Below the pieces are notes generated by a model. The model was not told where the DNA came from, did no database searches, and saw only the letters and a list, made by a program, of their open reading frames with translations. Position numbers and translations under genes: made by a program. A DNA stretch of 63,516 bases, filler included, from Asterionella formosa (Eukaryota), in assembly GCA_002256025.1 (NCBI GenBank). It is 16 parts of 16 records of this genome, joined end to end, with 100 filler letters (N's around TTAATTAATTAA, not from the genome) between each part and the next. Parts side by side here need not be neighbours in the genome. Positions count along the whole stretch, not along the records: positions 33,919 to 34,929 come from NKIB01004990.1; positions 35,030 to 36,040 come from NKIB01004991.1; positions 36,141 to 37,152 come from NKIB01004992.1; positions 37,253 to 38,263 come from NKIB01004993.1; positions 38,364 to 39,374 come from NKIB01004994.1; positions 39,475 to 40,485 come from NKIB01004995.1; positions 40,586 to 41,596 come from NKIB01004996.1; positions 41,697 to 42,707 come from NKIB01004997.1; 8 more parts are not named here. One strand, 5' to 3'. Below are positions 34,752-48,376 of the stretch, piece by piece (within the stretch, counting starts at the first letter, position 1; every line of letters begins with the position of its first letter).

Positions 34752-35656
34752 AAGTGCAGCAGGAAGAATCAGAGGATGTACTAATTGACGAACTGCATGT
34801 TTAGAATTCATCAGAGGATGATGAGGAACATCCCCCATGGGATTTTTAACTTTGGTAAAGGACACTGAACAGACATTCTATTTCAGTGATTTTTGAATAT
34901 TATTTCATGATAACAATTTGTTTGCATGTNNNNNNNNNNNNNNNNNNNNNNNNNNNNNNNNNNNNNNNNNNNNTTAATTAATTAANNNNNNNNNNNNNNN
35001 NNNNNNNNNNNNNNNNNNNNNNNNNNNNNGCCTGAAAAAATCAAGGATGTTGGGCCTGCAAACTAACGATGGATCTGTTCGCTCACAGGGAGCATCCAAA
35101 GAACAAAAACAAATAAATGATTCTCGTGCTTGCTGTCATTCTACGAAAAATTTGTATAGTTTTGATGGTTGCTGCTGTTGACATTGTATATGGGGAGCTG
35201 GACGGACGCACGCTTCCTACAATCATGAGCAGTACATACTCTTTGTGCAATACATGTACACCAGACCGGTACCAGGTACCTTGTACCGGAGTAGACTACC
35301 ACCAGGCACTAGGTCTTACGATATAATTGGAGAACTACCTTATCTCTTCCTGGCTCTCCAGATTCCTGTCCCCCTCGCCCTTTTTCGGCACTGTTGATCA
35401 CCCTGGGAAAACATAGAACATCAACTGAAAATACTACGAACTCAAAGAAATGGCATGACAGGTAAATAGGACAAAGTACTTCGCTTTTTCAACCATTTGT
35501 CGCCAGTTGGTACTCTCGTCCAACTTTTTTAATAAGCTAAATAAATGTGAAATTACAAAATATGATGTATCGAAGATGGAGGAGCCAGTCACTAGGGGAC
35601 TAAGAAATACCAATTCATTCCAGGTGCACTTCATGAAAAATCCAAAAAGGAATTAC

Positions 35657-35727
35657 TGCACCAACCGGGAATCGAACCCAGGGCAAACGCTTGGAAGGCG
35701 TTTATGTTACCACTACACCATTGGTGC
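35657..35727 (-). tRNA. tRNA-Gly (anticodon TCC)
   Basis: GCACCAA acceptor stem, D arm, anticodon arm AACGC-CTTCCAA-GCGTT, GGTTCGATTCC T-loop, 71 nt, downstream oligo-T terminator. Confidence 0.95.
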
Positions 35728-36414
35728 CTTTCTGATGTAGTACGAGAGGGTAAAACGGTTTATAAAATCTGTCATTTTACTATGTTACAGGATATATAAT
35801 TTAATGTAGGCAATGATAATAGTACATATATATCAAACTTTTAGAATACTGGTATTCCCGGTAAGACGACCTGAAAAACAACGATGTGACTTCATACACA
35901 ATAAAATATGCCTTGAGACATGAGACTACCGGTACATGAATGATAAACGGTATCATGGTCTTCTGCTATGAATGTAGGCTTTTGGTCCTGATCAGTTAGT
36001 TATAAAGGTGATCCGTTCCACCCTCAAGGAGGCCCACTCANNNNNNNNNNNNNNNNNNNNNNNNNNNNNNNNNNNNNNNNNNNNTTAATTAATTAANNNN
36101 NNNNNNNNNNNNNNNNNNNNNNNNNNNNNNNNNNNNNNNNCTTTGCTCATTGTGATGTCGAATGGATGCTGTAGCACTACTTATGAATTGATTTTGGCAT
36201 GGGTATGAACCAACCAAATCCAGAGATGTCAACAATAGTCTTCAGGTCGTTCCCCTTTCCCTTTCTTGTCCTTTTTGAATGACAAAACCGGTACCGGTAG
36301 TAAGGCAGAAGAATGCCAATGCACCAGGAATCGGACATTTTGGTATCATCATGTACCGGTAGTACCAGGTACATGGTACCAGATATTTCTGGATTTTATG
36401 CCGGGGTAGACTAC

Positions 36415-37152
36415 TGTTAAAGTGAGCTCATCTACGTAGTTAGGACTCGGAGTCAAACGAGTCAAACGATTCGAATGAGTCCACTTTGATGTACCAAGCT
36501 CTCATCAACCACACATTATACTTTGCTACTCCGACTATAATGAGCCGGACAACATAAGCTATTTCGGAAGACCGATAGTTTGAAATGAATGATCATGGTT
36601 AAATACCTATGATCAGTAAGTGTGAGATAGACATGGGTCTATCTATGATTGTATGTTCCTAGAAATGCAAACAGCATTTGGAGAATAGTTCGTTTGTTTT
36701 GTTCAAACAGAACAACCTAAACTAGATTAGTAAACTCACAATAAGAATATAGAAACGGAAAGAGAAACGAACGTCTCTATCTATAGTCTTCTTTGTCTAA
36801 CGATATAGATCTATACAAAAGGTAATACTTTAACACGTTTATAAACGGACTTAAGTGTTTTTAACATGTCTACAGAAATGTCTGAAGAGAGCATGAGGCT
36901 CATCAAGTTTGATGGCAACGAAACGAACTGGTACCAGTGGAGCGTTAAAACGCTCGCTCTGGCGAAGGCAAGAGGATTCCGAACGATGTACTCCAAGAAC
37001 CACAACCCGTGTTCTGACGAAGAGTACGAATTGGAGACAGACAAAGGAGTCAGGGCTATCTACGAGGCCAACGACAAGGCGTACCAGTTGCTCATCATGA
37101 GCTGCACCGGAATCGCCTTCGGACTCGTAAACCAAGCCAAAACGAAAACGTT
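36415..37152 (+). mobile_element. Copia-type element (second family): 421-bp 5' LTR plus start of gag
   Basis: LTR 36415-36835 with perfect 9-bp inverted ends TGTTAAAGT/ACTTTAACA. ORF from 36866: IKFDGNETNWYQWSVKTLALAKARGF...ANDKAYQLLIMSC (Copia gag N-terminus). Confidence 0.8.
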
Positions 37153-39474
37153 NNNNNNNNNNNNNNNNNNNNNNNNNNNNNNNNNNNNNNNNNNNNTTAA
37201 TTAATTAANNNNNNNNNNNNNNNNNNNNNNNNNNNNNNNNNNNNNNNNNNNNTCTTTCCCGACTCAGTGCATCAACTGGGCTGCCTTAGCCAGCATCACA
37301 TCTCTGTCTGCATTGATCTTCTTGAATTCGAGGTCTTGATCTAGCTCGGACTTTTTCTTGAATATCTTTTCTTTTAGAAGTGCAATAGTTTCTCTGCTTT
37401 CATGATGTTCATCTTGATGTTCTGGACTAATAGTGAGACATATTTCTTGGTTTTGCGACTTTTCAACGACCATTTCTACTTCAGAGCTGATGTCTCCCAC
37501 ATTTCCGCCGGTATTTTCATTCATCGCGTGAATTTGTTCATCAGATGAATGAGAATCACTGAGTTCTTCTTCATTATCAGCGATTTCAGGAGAATTATTA
37601 GCAAAATATGACACTGGATGGAACTGTGACTCTGTAGGAATAGAGTCTTCATCCGCGAAGAACAACTGTTTGGGTTTCCTCTGCTCTTCTTTGAAAGCAA
37701 TCTTTCCTTCTTTTCAATCTCTTCCACTATTGTATCGGCATACTCGCTTCATCATCTGTCTGGAGTATTATGAGTCTTTTCAAATTCATTTGTTATTTGA
37801 GTGTATTCAAAGGAATCTTCGATTGATTTAATTAGTTTCTTCATCTTCTTTTCCGAAAACATAAAGTCGTGTAGCGTAAACAATGGAAGTAAGTCACGTT
37901 TCTTGTTTGACTGACCCTTTGCATGAAATCCATGAAATTAATTCCATTTGGAAAGTTTTCAAAGGGCCAGAAGACTATGATGTAAGACAGTGGAAGGGAA
38001 GCGCGGAGCTTTTTGCGGCGCTTGTGGAGGTGCAGCTGGTGTGATGGTAACCGAGTGTAGTAATTGTTGAACAGAGCACAGCAGTGTAATATGCGTATGC
38101 CGGCATGTGTATTGTTTACACAGTACACAAGCCGGCAAAATACAGCTATAACAAGGAAAAACGACACAACAATGAATGTGATGGCTGGTTGTTGAGGATA
38201 CCGGTATGTGATATGCATCAATCCATATCACAAATCATATTATAGTGATGTACATATCAACGCNNNNNNNNNNNNNNNNNNNNNNNNNNNNNNNNNNNNN
38301 NNNNNNNTTAATTAATTAANNNNNNNNNNNNNNNNNNNNNNNNNNNNNNNNNNNNNNNNNNNNATGGTGATGCTTTCGAGCGACGTGACGAAAGTGGTTT
38401 TGAATGAGAAAAAGTGAATCAATTTTGATCCTTTGGTGCTCGCTCAGTTCGCTCTGGCTTGTCCTCCTCTGATTTTGAGCTCGTACCATCCATCAGGTAC
38501 CAGGTAGGAGTACCGGTAGTACATAGCCTGTGTAAGAATACTTAGCAAATGCAATCTATGCACTAACGGAGCATGACTGGAATTTCCTTTTTGGCTTCAT
38601 ATTTTAATGTTAGAGATAGTGTACTATTACTATACAAAAGGAACATATCATATACTTATTCTTCAGCTTGCTTTTACCCGTATATTGATTCGCCAGCTCG
38701 CTCGCTTTCATGCAACTAAGTTCATCCTCCTCGCCGCGTGGACTTGTCCACGATCACGATTATCTCAAGAAGGCACTCATTCAGTCTTCTCCAGTATATA
38801 CCGTATTCATTTTATTTCTCCCTTATTCATAGATCTATAAATATGCATATTTATACCGTCTCTACATGCCTCCTTTGCTTGACGTCTTGCTTGTGCTCGA
38901 CAATTCTCCTTCGCGTGGTCCTCCACGCTCCGTTTCAAATCTTTATCGTACTTAATCTAGTCTTTCTACAGAGACGATAACAATAGAAATTTGCTCCTCA
39001 CTTTTTACTCCCTTCGCTCATCTGTCGTGTTTTGTAACGATAGCAGCATTATAATTATGATGGAAGCTGAAGGGTGTTCAAATCTCTCCGCGAAAGCTCT
39101 GTTTTTGTCACTTCTTTGTGTCGTCATAAATCACAACAATGATCCTTGGCGACAGAGCAACTATGACAACAGGCAGTTTGTTCCAACGTCGCAGCCTTCG
39201 GCGCAAGCGTTTTTCGAGGGAAATACTACTCATAAAATGAGAATATTAACACGATTAGTGAGATCTTTTTGACAGCTTAAACATGATTTCCAATTCTTTG
39301 ACTATTAGCTACAAAGTTCAGACCAAGTCCAAGCAGTTGCCCCTAAATGCGATTTCCTTTGCGCTCCAGTTTGTNNNNNNNNNNNNNNNNNNNNNNNNNN
39401 NNNNNNNNNNNNNNNNNNTTAATTAATTAANNNNNNNNNNNNNNNNNNNNNNNNNNNNNNNNNNNNNNNNNNNN

Positions 39475-39960
39475 GATTTCAGCTAAAATCTCCTGGATGT
39501 CATCTGCCTCATCACTTCCAGGTAACCCAGAAATATCCTTATCAACTTTATTTTCGTCCATGACATAATTGTGCAAACGTGCACATACCTCAAGCACTTT
39601 TGCAGTTGTTTCCAAGCCAGTTGTTAAGTTTCTTTTTAGAACAGCCCATTTTGTCTGTAACAAACCAAATGCCATCTCTATCCTAATCCGTAGCTGGGAA
39701 AGAAAGAAATTATAGGCATCTTGTGTTTGGTCATCACGCTGAGAACCAACAAATGGAACTAACATGACATCTGACAATGTATATGCTGCATCACCAACAA
39801 GATAAAAACCAGAATCAAATAATGCAGTTTTGTTGGGTAGAGCAGTTCTCTCAAATGCAACTTGATCACTGCATCGTCCAGGAGCAATCACCCCAAAAAA
39901 TATAAATCTACTCTCAACATCACAGATAGCCTGAACATTGATACCATAAGACATGGTGCT
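39475..39960 (-). mobile_element. PIF/Harbinger DDE transposase fragment (HARBI1-like)
   Basis: YGINVQAICD...PGRCSD...YLVGDAAY...YNFFLSQLRIRIEMAFGLLQTKWAVL...CARLHNY; N-terminal half missing. Confidence 0.9.
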
Positions 39961-40585
39961 GATTGCTTGTAAACTTGAAAGGGGATGATGGCAAGCGGAA
40001 GTGTAAGAAGAAGTGTATAGAGGATCTTGCATGTCTGTGTTGACTCATGGCAAATCAAGAATTAAGCAGGTATGTCAGCTATATAATCCATACTGCTACA
40101 TAATACGCGTAGTTTTCCAACATGGTTTTAGTAATGGAAAATTATCGAAATAATCTGGAGGGAGGCCTGGAGGGATATGCACATGATTGTAGCCAGCCCG
40201 TAACCATTGAATTTTCGTGATACTTTTTGGGTGATACAATTTCATTTTTATTTTTGTGGAGAATGGTTTTTTTGGTTTAAATCGAGTAGCCGTTACATGA
40301 TACTTTTTCAAAAAAAATGATACCAAATCGAAAATGATAAGAACGACCCTAAGGGAGAGTGAAAATATTCGAAGTTCCTACGGGTGAATAGTCGTACGAT
40401 CCCGGTATGAAAGTATCTGATGGGTTTCCGGGTTCGTTTTCGGTTGTTGTTGGATTCGATTTGTAACTTGCTTCAGATGCCGATGNNNNNNNNNNNNNNN
40501 NNNNNNNNNNNNNNNNNNNNNNNNNNNNNTTAATTAATTAANNNNNNNNNNNNNNNNNNNNNNNNNNNNNNNNNNNNNNNNNNNN

Positions 40586-41313
40586 CAGGTATGACGAAGA
40601 GCAAGATCGACCCTATGTTATTTATGCACCGGAACAAGGATGGACAAATTGATGGTCTACTTGTTAATTACGTGGATGACGGTATTGTATGTGGGACTCC
40701 AAGTGCAGTGGAGTATATGAAAAATGTTATCAAGGAAGATTTCAATATTACCGAGCAGGGTATTCTACAGAAACACCTAGGAGTGGAATATGTTTGGAAA
40801 GAGGACAAGTATGGTGAATACGTGAAGGAACAGATTCATACGAGATTGTCCGAACCAGTTCAGAGTGGAACGATGTTACAGCCTCTTGAGCGTGGCAATG
40901 GGGAGGATGTCAAGAATATTAGCCCGAGTCACAAGGATTGTGGACTCGATTGTAATCGAACGAGTCGAATATTGCATTGCCACGTCAATCAGCTGTCTAA
41001 CGAGATCAGAGATTGAAGATTTCTATGGAAATGTTAAGTGGAAACTCGAAGAGAGTCTTAGAATGACTTTGCAGGAAGCAAAGATGCGTGGAAAGGAAAC
41101 ATTTAGTTTAGCTTATAATTTAATTTGAGATTTAGATTATCAACCGAGGAAACAGTGTGTTAATTGACAGGAAGGTCAATTAGTCTATCTAGCAGGAAGG
41201 CTAGAAGCAGAGACAAGAGAGAAAGTGAGTGGTACTAGGTAGTACTACGATCACGTAAGAGTCTACGTGAAGAGAGACCCAACCCGCGGGAAGGAGTACG
41301 GACCATTTCAACA
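40586..41313 (+). mobile_element. Copia reverse-transcriptase fragment and probable 3' LTR (41158-41313)
   Basis: KSKIDPMLF...LLVNYVDDGIVCG...FNITEQGILQKHLGVEY (YVDD motif). A purine-rich GAGGAAACAG precedes a TGTT...AACA segment. Confidence 0.75.
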
Positions 41314-41696
41314 CATAGGTACCCCTGGTACTGGTTTATGAAATCGACATGGTATACCTGGTATACGGGTATAGATAGAGGCAATATAAATCGTGCTGTT
41401 ACCTGGAACCAGTTCCGGGTTCCTCCCGGTATTTTGCATTGACACGTGGACATGATCAGCCAAAGGCGGAAGCAAACAAACAAACAAATACAAACAGCCA
41501 AGCAAGCGTCCAAGAAACAAGCAATGCTGCGTGGCACGCCTTTGTTGTTGCGCCGGCAGGGGCCGTCGGAACTTCCTGCTCGATTTTGTAATAAACNNNN
41601 NNNNNNNNNNNNNNNNNNNNNNNNNNNNNNNNNNNNNNNNTTAATTAATTAANNNNNNNNNNNNNNNNNNNNNNNNNNNNNNNNNNNNNNNNNNNN

Positions 41697-42707
41697 CTCT
41701 GGAGACATTGCTGTATTGCTTGCATCCGGCATACCGACTACAACATCCTCCTGTGGCAGGGTTGGCTTTTCCCATGTAGTTTCTTGGGTGTCAGCATGAT
41801 AGTAGTATGTCTCACCACTGTTGGGGTCTACCTGAGCCACCCATCCTGAAGGGAGCAACCCCTCAACTGATTTATCTTCTATCCTATGAACTGGCTCAGG
41901 TATCATTGTCTCTTGTGCAAGATCGTCAGAAACCAATTCACTTTTCATTTCTGGAGTTGCAGCTTTGTCATCTGAACACAAATCTAGGCATCCATCATTG
42001 TTGTTTACTTGTAGAATTGGCTTTTCCCATGTTATTTCTTGCGTGTCCGCATGATAGTAGTATGTCTCACCACTGCTGGGGTCTACCTGAGCCACCCAAC
42101 CTGATGGAAGAACGCTCCCAACTGATTCATTTTCCAAACTATGAATTGAGACAGTATCCTCATGCTTACTATCGAGATTGTCAGTATACTTTTCATCTTG
42201 ATGCACTAGTGAAATCATTGCGTCTGTCGCGATTGCTTCATCGACAACACTGTCCAGCGACATCATTGGCTTTTCCCATGTAGCTTCATTGGTATCTGCA
42301 TGGTAATAGTATGTCTGCCCACTGCTGGGGTCTACCTGAGCAATCCAGCCCGATGGAAGCAAGCCCTCAACAGGTTCATTGTCCAAAGTATGAACTGGTG
42401 CAGTGACCTCAGTCTCTTCTACAGCATTGACAGTACCCGTTTCATACAGATCCTCCCAAGATATTGCTGTATTGCTTGCGTCCGGAATTCCGACTACAAC
42501 ATCCTCCTGTGGCAGGGTTGGCTTTTCCCATGTTGTTTCTTGCGTGTCCGCATGATAGTAGTATGTCTCACCACTGTTGGGGTCTACCTGAGCCACCCAT
42601 CCTGAAGGGAGCAACCCCTCAACTGATTCATCTTCTTTCCTATGAACTGGCTCAGGTATCATTGTCTCTTGTGCAAGATCGTCAGAAACCAATTCACTTT
42701 TCATTTC
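41697..42707 (-). CDS. Multi-WW-domain acidic protein (internal fragment, 4 WW domains)
   Basis: Four copies of LPSGW(V/I)AQVDPxSG(E/Q)TYYYHADTxExTWEKP; frame open across the whole contig. Confidence 0.9.
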
Positions 42708-42807
42708 NNNNNNNNNNNNNNNNNNNNNNNNNNNNNNNNNNNNNNNNNNNNTTAATTAATTAANNNNNNNNNNNNNNNNNNNNNNNNNNNNNNNNNNNNN
42801 NNNNNNN

Positions 42808-43423
42808 AGCCACTGTTATTGACTCTCAGAGATATCATGAAGAAGGTAATCTTCCAGCCACATCACTATGACTTTCTTGTTGAGACTGTTATGGTGGGAC
42901 TGAGCATTTGAGTGTATTGCAACGCTCATCCAGTCAGACAAGACGATATCTGTGAGCCATCTTTTGTAGCAGTAGGTGAACAAGCAAGGAATCTGCTGGA
43001 CTGAAGATATATGTGTTAGCCATATCACAGGATTTACTGAAATCAATAAACAAGCTTCCCCTGAGCGTCAATTGATCATATCTTTGCTGTAAGACTCCAA
43101 ATGTTGACCTGGCTTGTTAGGATACACAAAGAAGTTTGAATCTTGATGTTTAGTATGTTGTTATCCTTCATCAATGGGACCACTGGAACTTGAGAGGACA
43201 TCAACAATATTAATTCTAATTGGACTCTTTTTGAATTCAAAGTGAAGTATCTAACTAGAAGTAGTAGTATTTGTTGAATATATGAGCTTATTTGTTAATC
43301 CTTGTGTGTAACTCGTTCTCCAAGTCGACACCAAAGTATACAATGAGGGTTAGTCGAGTTCTTATTCATATATGATATAACACTAACCCTATATACATCT
43401 GTATTGATGCGCAAGATCGCTCA
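42808..43423 (-). mobile_element. Second copy of the Gypsy element 5' end, with a longer (181-bp) LTR at 43243-43423
   Basis: Highly similar to 4855-5401, with 68 extra bp (43322-43389) inside the LTR. Confidence 0.9.
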
Positions 43424-44078
43424 CCATATACCTGGTACGATATGTTCAACGATATACTCCTGCCGGAACATTTTGATATATTCATCCATGACTATGTAAA
43501 CGCCTGTAGAAGCGAGCCGAGAAACAACGCAACCCACATCATGCATACTACCGGTACGCACATGACCATCATTTTATTATTTTGCTATGTACGTACCAGT
43601 ATCGTATGTTTAGAGCGGGGGTAGGTGTACAGCATACATACGATATAATTAAATAATTTAGATCAAGTAGGAAGACTGCATGTTCCACTGGTAGATTCTA
43701 AAATAAATTATGATGTTCTTCCACATGTGCACCATTTTATTGAATAGAAAATGCTCACAATATATTTTTTGTGTACATCAGCCATTTCATATATTTTATT
43801 ATTGCTTTTTATAGTCCAGCGTGGGTATGCTTGATAATTTTATTCCCATATATTTATAGGTATGTCAGGATCGTCCTAGATCGGTTCATCAATCAGCCAT
43901 TTCTGACGTGACCGTTGCAACTAGTCTAAATTGTGTTACCTTTTGATTGAGTGCGGTTGAACACAACGCTACCACCGTGGATCATGCTTAGAAATCAATG
44001 TTTTTATCCATGATGTGCCTACATATATACTGATTTCCTAACTATATTTGAAACTACTGATATCAGTAGTCGTTCGCA

Positions 44079-45987
44079 ATGACGATGGAAACATACGACA
44101 AAGGTGACTTCTTCGGCATTGTTCGTCAAGAGAACAGATCAGAGAATGTCTCAGCAGAGTCTGATAATAAATCTGGAAATGAAAAATCACTTCCCACTGA
44201 CGTTGAAGACTTCCATGGAACATGTGTAACACAAATAGTTGGAACGGAAGATATTGTCCCAAATAGGAGTACAATTGTCCATGAGGCAGTCGATCCAATG
44301 GATCTCGACAAAGAGCAGGAGAATGGAATTGGCCATCATGTCAATGAAACCTACGGATTCACCTTCAGAGACTCAGACAGTCTTCCCAAAAAGTCAAATT
44401 TTGAAACAATTTTACATGAAGCCGAACCCGAAGATACTTATCTCGACGCACAACACCATCACCGAATGCAGGCGCCTCTTAGTACTCATGTGCTTCTCAG
44501 TATAAGAGAACATGAATCTGCTGTGGAGCAGTTAGCAGAGAGAATAGAAGCACGCCGGGCAAATCGGACTATAGTTACACAAAACACCAAGTTTCAGTTT
44601 ATCGAACGATGTAAGACCATTTCGAATGTAAAATACGGAACTCCGAGTACCAAAAACATGATCCGGATCGAAGATTTACGGACTATGCACGCTCAGATTC
44701 TGAGTGAGATCAAAAACGACGAAAGAGTCAATGAAACATGGCGGGGAAGTTTGGAGTTTCTAGGATTCCATGACCAAAAGAAAGATCTCCTCATGCTTGT
44801 CACTCGCTCCATTGAATGCACTCTCCGAGTGAACGACGAGGGAGACGAAAATTGGTTTCCGTTTTTTGATTTCGCTTTCTATGATGTTCGAACCGTTTCC
44901 AGATGGCCATTCTTGCGCAACCCTCCCTCAATTGCTCTTTTTGTAGTATTTATATATTACACTCTCACGCCTGTTTTGTTTTGCATAATAATGGACGATG
45001 AGGGTGTATGCCCTAGGGATCCAACTGAGAAAAACCGTGAATATTACGGTACTCTATCAGCTCTCTACTACGCCAGTACAACCATGTCGACTGTTGGCTA
45101 CGGTGATTTGTCTGTACAGAAGGGCGAGGACTGGCGACTTCTTGTTGCCATTATCTACATGATTATATCGGTTCTCGTGGCTGCATTGGCCTTTAGTGTT
45201 GCTGCGGAGACTGCAACTACACCCTTTTGGGGCAGGTATGAAAAGGTGATTTTCGATCGACTGCTTGGGACTCCAGACAACGATGAATTCCTTTATCAGC
45301 GGACAAGGCGGTTGATTGCTACCACGTGTTCAACAATTTTCATCCAGGTTGGTTCATTTGTTGTGCTAGGAGTACTCATCCAGAGATGGTTTGCTTCTGA
45401 CGAAACCAAAGAGTCGCAAAATTGGTCGTGGATGACATCTTATTATTGGGTTGTACAGACTGTTACTACCATTGGTTACGGGGATCTGGACATGTCATTT
45501 GATTTGGTACGTTCCTTGTCTGTCTCATGGGGTGATGAGATCCATTCCGAGGTGCACTAACCGGGGAATGTTAATGTTGAAGAGATGGTTTCAAGTGTTC
45601 TACATCTCGTTCAGTACCTACTTCGTTGGCGCGGCGATCGGAATGATTGCTAACCTCGCAGATGATATCAAAAAGGCTCGATTACAGTTTGCTTGGAATC
45701 GTCGAGAAGTTTCGAAAGGGATGATCGAAGACATGCAAGCCTACGATCATGATACCACCATAGACCAGTATGAGTTTTGTGTCGCGTCTCTTTTGTCCCT
45801 AGGCCTTGTCAAATACGATGACATCAAGCCGATTATGGACAAATTCCGAACTCTTTCTGAAGGCAAGGGATTCATTTCACTGAATGATTTGCCAAACCCA
45901 GATGCATATGGTCTGCAAGTGGATGAGCAAATGGATCATCCTTTGGACTTCTTCGCAAGGAACGGGAGCGAGAAATCAAACTATTAG
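44079..45987 (+). CDS. Two-pore-domain potassium channel (TPK/K2P-like) with a C-terminal EF-hand; intron 45507-45582
   Basis: Two pore loops, TMSTVGYGD and TVTTIGYGD; four TM helices; DHDTTIDQYEF. Phase-0 GT-AG intron with a CACTAAC branch point. Confidence 0.9.
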
Positions 45988-46324
45988 ACATCTATGAAGC
46001 AAAGTCAAGATATGCGAGATAACGGTGTAGGGAAATGTGTTCCTAACAGCACCGGATCTTGGAGGTGTTACAGTGAAAAACGAATTCTTGCAATGGTAGC
46101 TTGGCTTAATGAACTATTGGATTGAATGGGGGTGGGGGTGGACACCGGACCAACTTCATAGTCGACAGGAACAATAACGGAAGAAATCTCAGGAAAGGTT
46201 GTGCTCCCGTTATTCCTGTAGATAAAATAATAACACTAAGCCCGAAAGCGAGTCTTCAGTCCGAAAACGCAAGTTTTCATTGTCTTGGCCGTTGATAATG
46301 CTGAGTGTTTTTTTCGGGAAGTTC

Positions 46325-47755
46325 TTAAGCCAAAATCGCGAATGCCCCAAGTTCGACGCAGCACTTTGCAAAGCTCAAAAGAGTCAGATCGCAAATAAGC
46401 ATCGTTTGAAATTCTGGGGCGAGGAGACCCAAAAGATCCTTCACAGAACAGATTAAACTCGATTCTCCTTTCATTAGTTGTACAATTGCGAAAAGGGCAT
46501 CTGCCGTTTCTTCACGAACGTGAAGACCCTGTGGTGTCGAGAGTGGAGGAAGGGAATCTCTCTCTGCCTGGGTGGAGCATCTAAGTTTGGTAGACAAAGT
46601 CACTTTTGCAGCAGCCTGTCGACCAACGACAAGGGAATTTGTGGTAGTGATTTGAAGCGATCTCGCTCTCTCAATGGCCGCCTGTCGAGCGCCATGTTTG
46701 CCTTGGTTGTGTTTCGAATACTTGATGCGCAGATGCTGACAAACTCTTTCTGCTGTTATTTCTTGTCGCAACCTCTCTATAGCTTCATCAATTTCCTCCT
46801 GTAACTGCTTTCGATCGTCAGCCGACTCCCCTCGGCCGAGGTTCAGGGGTAGTGCCATTCTATATTCCACCACCTGCGTCAAAACATTCGCGGTGGCGTC
46901 TCGCATAGTGCCAGCCAAAGTCCAATCATGCGTCGCCAAAGCAATTGTAATGTGAAAGGAAAGGTCGTCTTTTTGTGTTTTCGCTTCGTGTATAAATCCC
47001 CGAGGCATATACAACACGTCACCAGCGCGAAGAACGTCGTCAACTAGAAGGGGTCCAGCGAACACAGAAGGAGGAATCGGCATGCCCTCTTTTCCAACCT
47101 GCTCATTAGGGTAAGGAAAAGGAATGGGCACTCTTCCATAAACTTTCCATTTCTTTTTCCCAATAACTTGAATCACGAGAACATCGCGATCGTCGGCGTG
47201 GGGAGGGACTGCCTTGCTTGATGGAGGAGTGACATAGGCATTGGCATAGGCATGTGGAAACGATTTCTGGAGATCCTGACAGAGCCTAGCAATAAAACCA
47301 TTCAAAGTATCGGCATGGTTTAGTACGATACTACAGCCATCTAGATAGGACATACTAAGATTGCTGGATTTGGGATCAGTCTTGGAAATACACTCCTGAT
47401 TTTGAAAGATCAGGGGCAATAGATTTGAGGCATTCTCCATGCACGGATCGAATCGATGTCGGCCTTGTTCCAGCATGTCTGTCAGTACCGGCCAGCCATT
47501 CGAAACTAGTGCCTTAAATGGGTTCTCATCGTCTTTCCAACATGCTTCATCTGGTCTGGATTGCTCATTCGTACCGTCTCTTCGAAAAATGTTACATTTC
47601 TGCTGCCAATAGTCTCGAAAGAAGTTCTCGATTGATCCTTTAACGATTTCTTTCAAGGTTTCCGAATCACCAAGCTCCACCATGAGAATTCGAGGATCGT
47701 CGGGTTGGCTTGTCATCTCGGCATCTGGCGCTTCTGATGTTGGTCGTTTTAACAT
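46325..47755 (-). CDS. JmjC/cupin 2-oxoglutarate oxygenase (NO66/MINA53 ROX-like)
   Basis: ANAYVTPP...PPHADDRDVLVIQVIGKKKWKVY...LRAGDVLYMPRGFIHEA (HxD...H facial triad). Confidence 0.88.
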   Translation of the reverse strand: MLKRPTSEAPDAEMTSQPDDPRILMVELGDSETLKEIVKGSIENFFRDYWQQKCNIFRRDGTNEQSRPDEACWKDDENPFKALVSNGWPVLTDMLEQGRHRFDPCMENASNLLPLIFQNQECISKTDPKSSNLSMSYLDGCSIVLNHADTLNGFIARLCQDLQKSFPHAYANAYVTPPSSKAVPPHADDRDVLVIQVIGKKKWKVYGRVPIPFPYPNEQVGKEGMPIPPSVFAGPLLVDDVLRAGDVLYMPRGFIHEAKTQKDDLSFHITIALATHDWTLAGTMRDATANVLTQVVEYRMALPLNLGRGESADDRKQLQEEIDEAIERLRQEITAERVCQHLRIKYSKHNQGKHGARQAAIERARSLQITTTNSLVVGRQAAAKVTLSTKLRCSTQAERDSLPPLSTPQGLHVREETADALFAIVQLMKGESSLICSVKDLLGLLAPEFQTMLICDLTLLSFAKCCVELGAFAILA

Positions 47756-48376
47756 GGTGGTGAAATTTGATTGCAAATGTGTTCTCTCTTACTGTTACGG
47801 AGTGTACTTTTATGAATTGTGCTGGTACCAGGTACCAGGTACCGCACCAGTAGTACATACCCGGTATACCTGTTGACTAGTCCGACTAGGTAGGAGTACC
47901 TAGTATGTGTACCAGGGGGGGGTACGAGGTACCGTAGTCTACATACCGATAGTAGTTAGCATTGTTGCTATTATGTTTCTTTATTTTCCCATACTAATCA
48001 TGCTACCGGAAGCAGTCTGCGTTCATTACATATACCCGGTATAGCAACTTGGCAATATACGCGGGTACCTTTTTATTATGAGGTGCTCCGGGTGCCTTGA
48101 ACCAGGGCATGATCCTTTTATATACCTGGTACCAGGTACCAGGTACCGGGAATCAATACCCCGGTACGGTAGGCCATCTTACGGCTACCGTTATATGCAG
48201 ATATTGGTACATACCCGTATGTACTACCGGCACTGGTCCCGGTATTTGGTGTTGATCATTGCTTCTGCCTGAACGAGGAAAATGACTGAATTTCAGTACC
48301 CCTCGTGCCCCTGACTCTTCTCGCTCAACGGTCAAGCAAGGGTTCAACATTTAGGCTCGTCTGTAGAATCATTGAA

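Noticed and set aside
37264..37727. Acidic minus-strand ORFs on a 1-kb contig
   Set aside because: No recognisable motif; possibly a retroelement fragment but cannot be supported.
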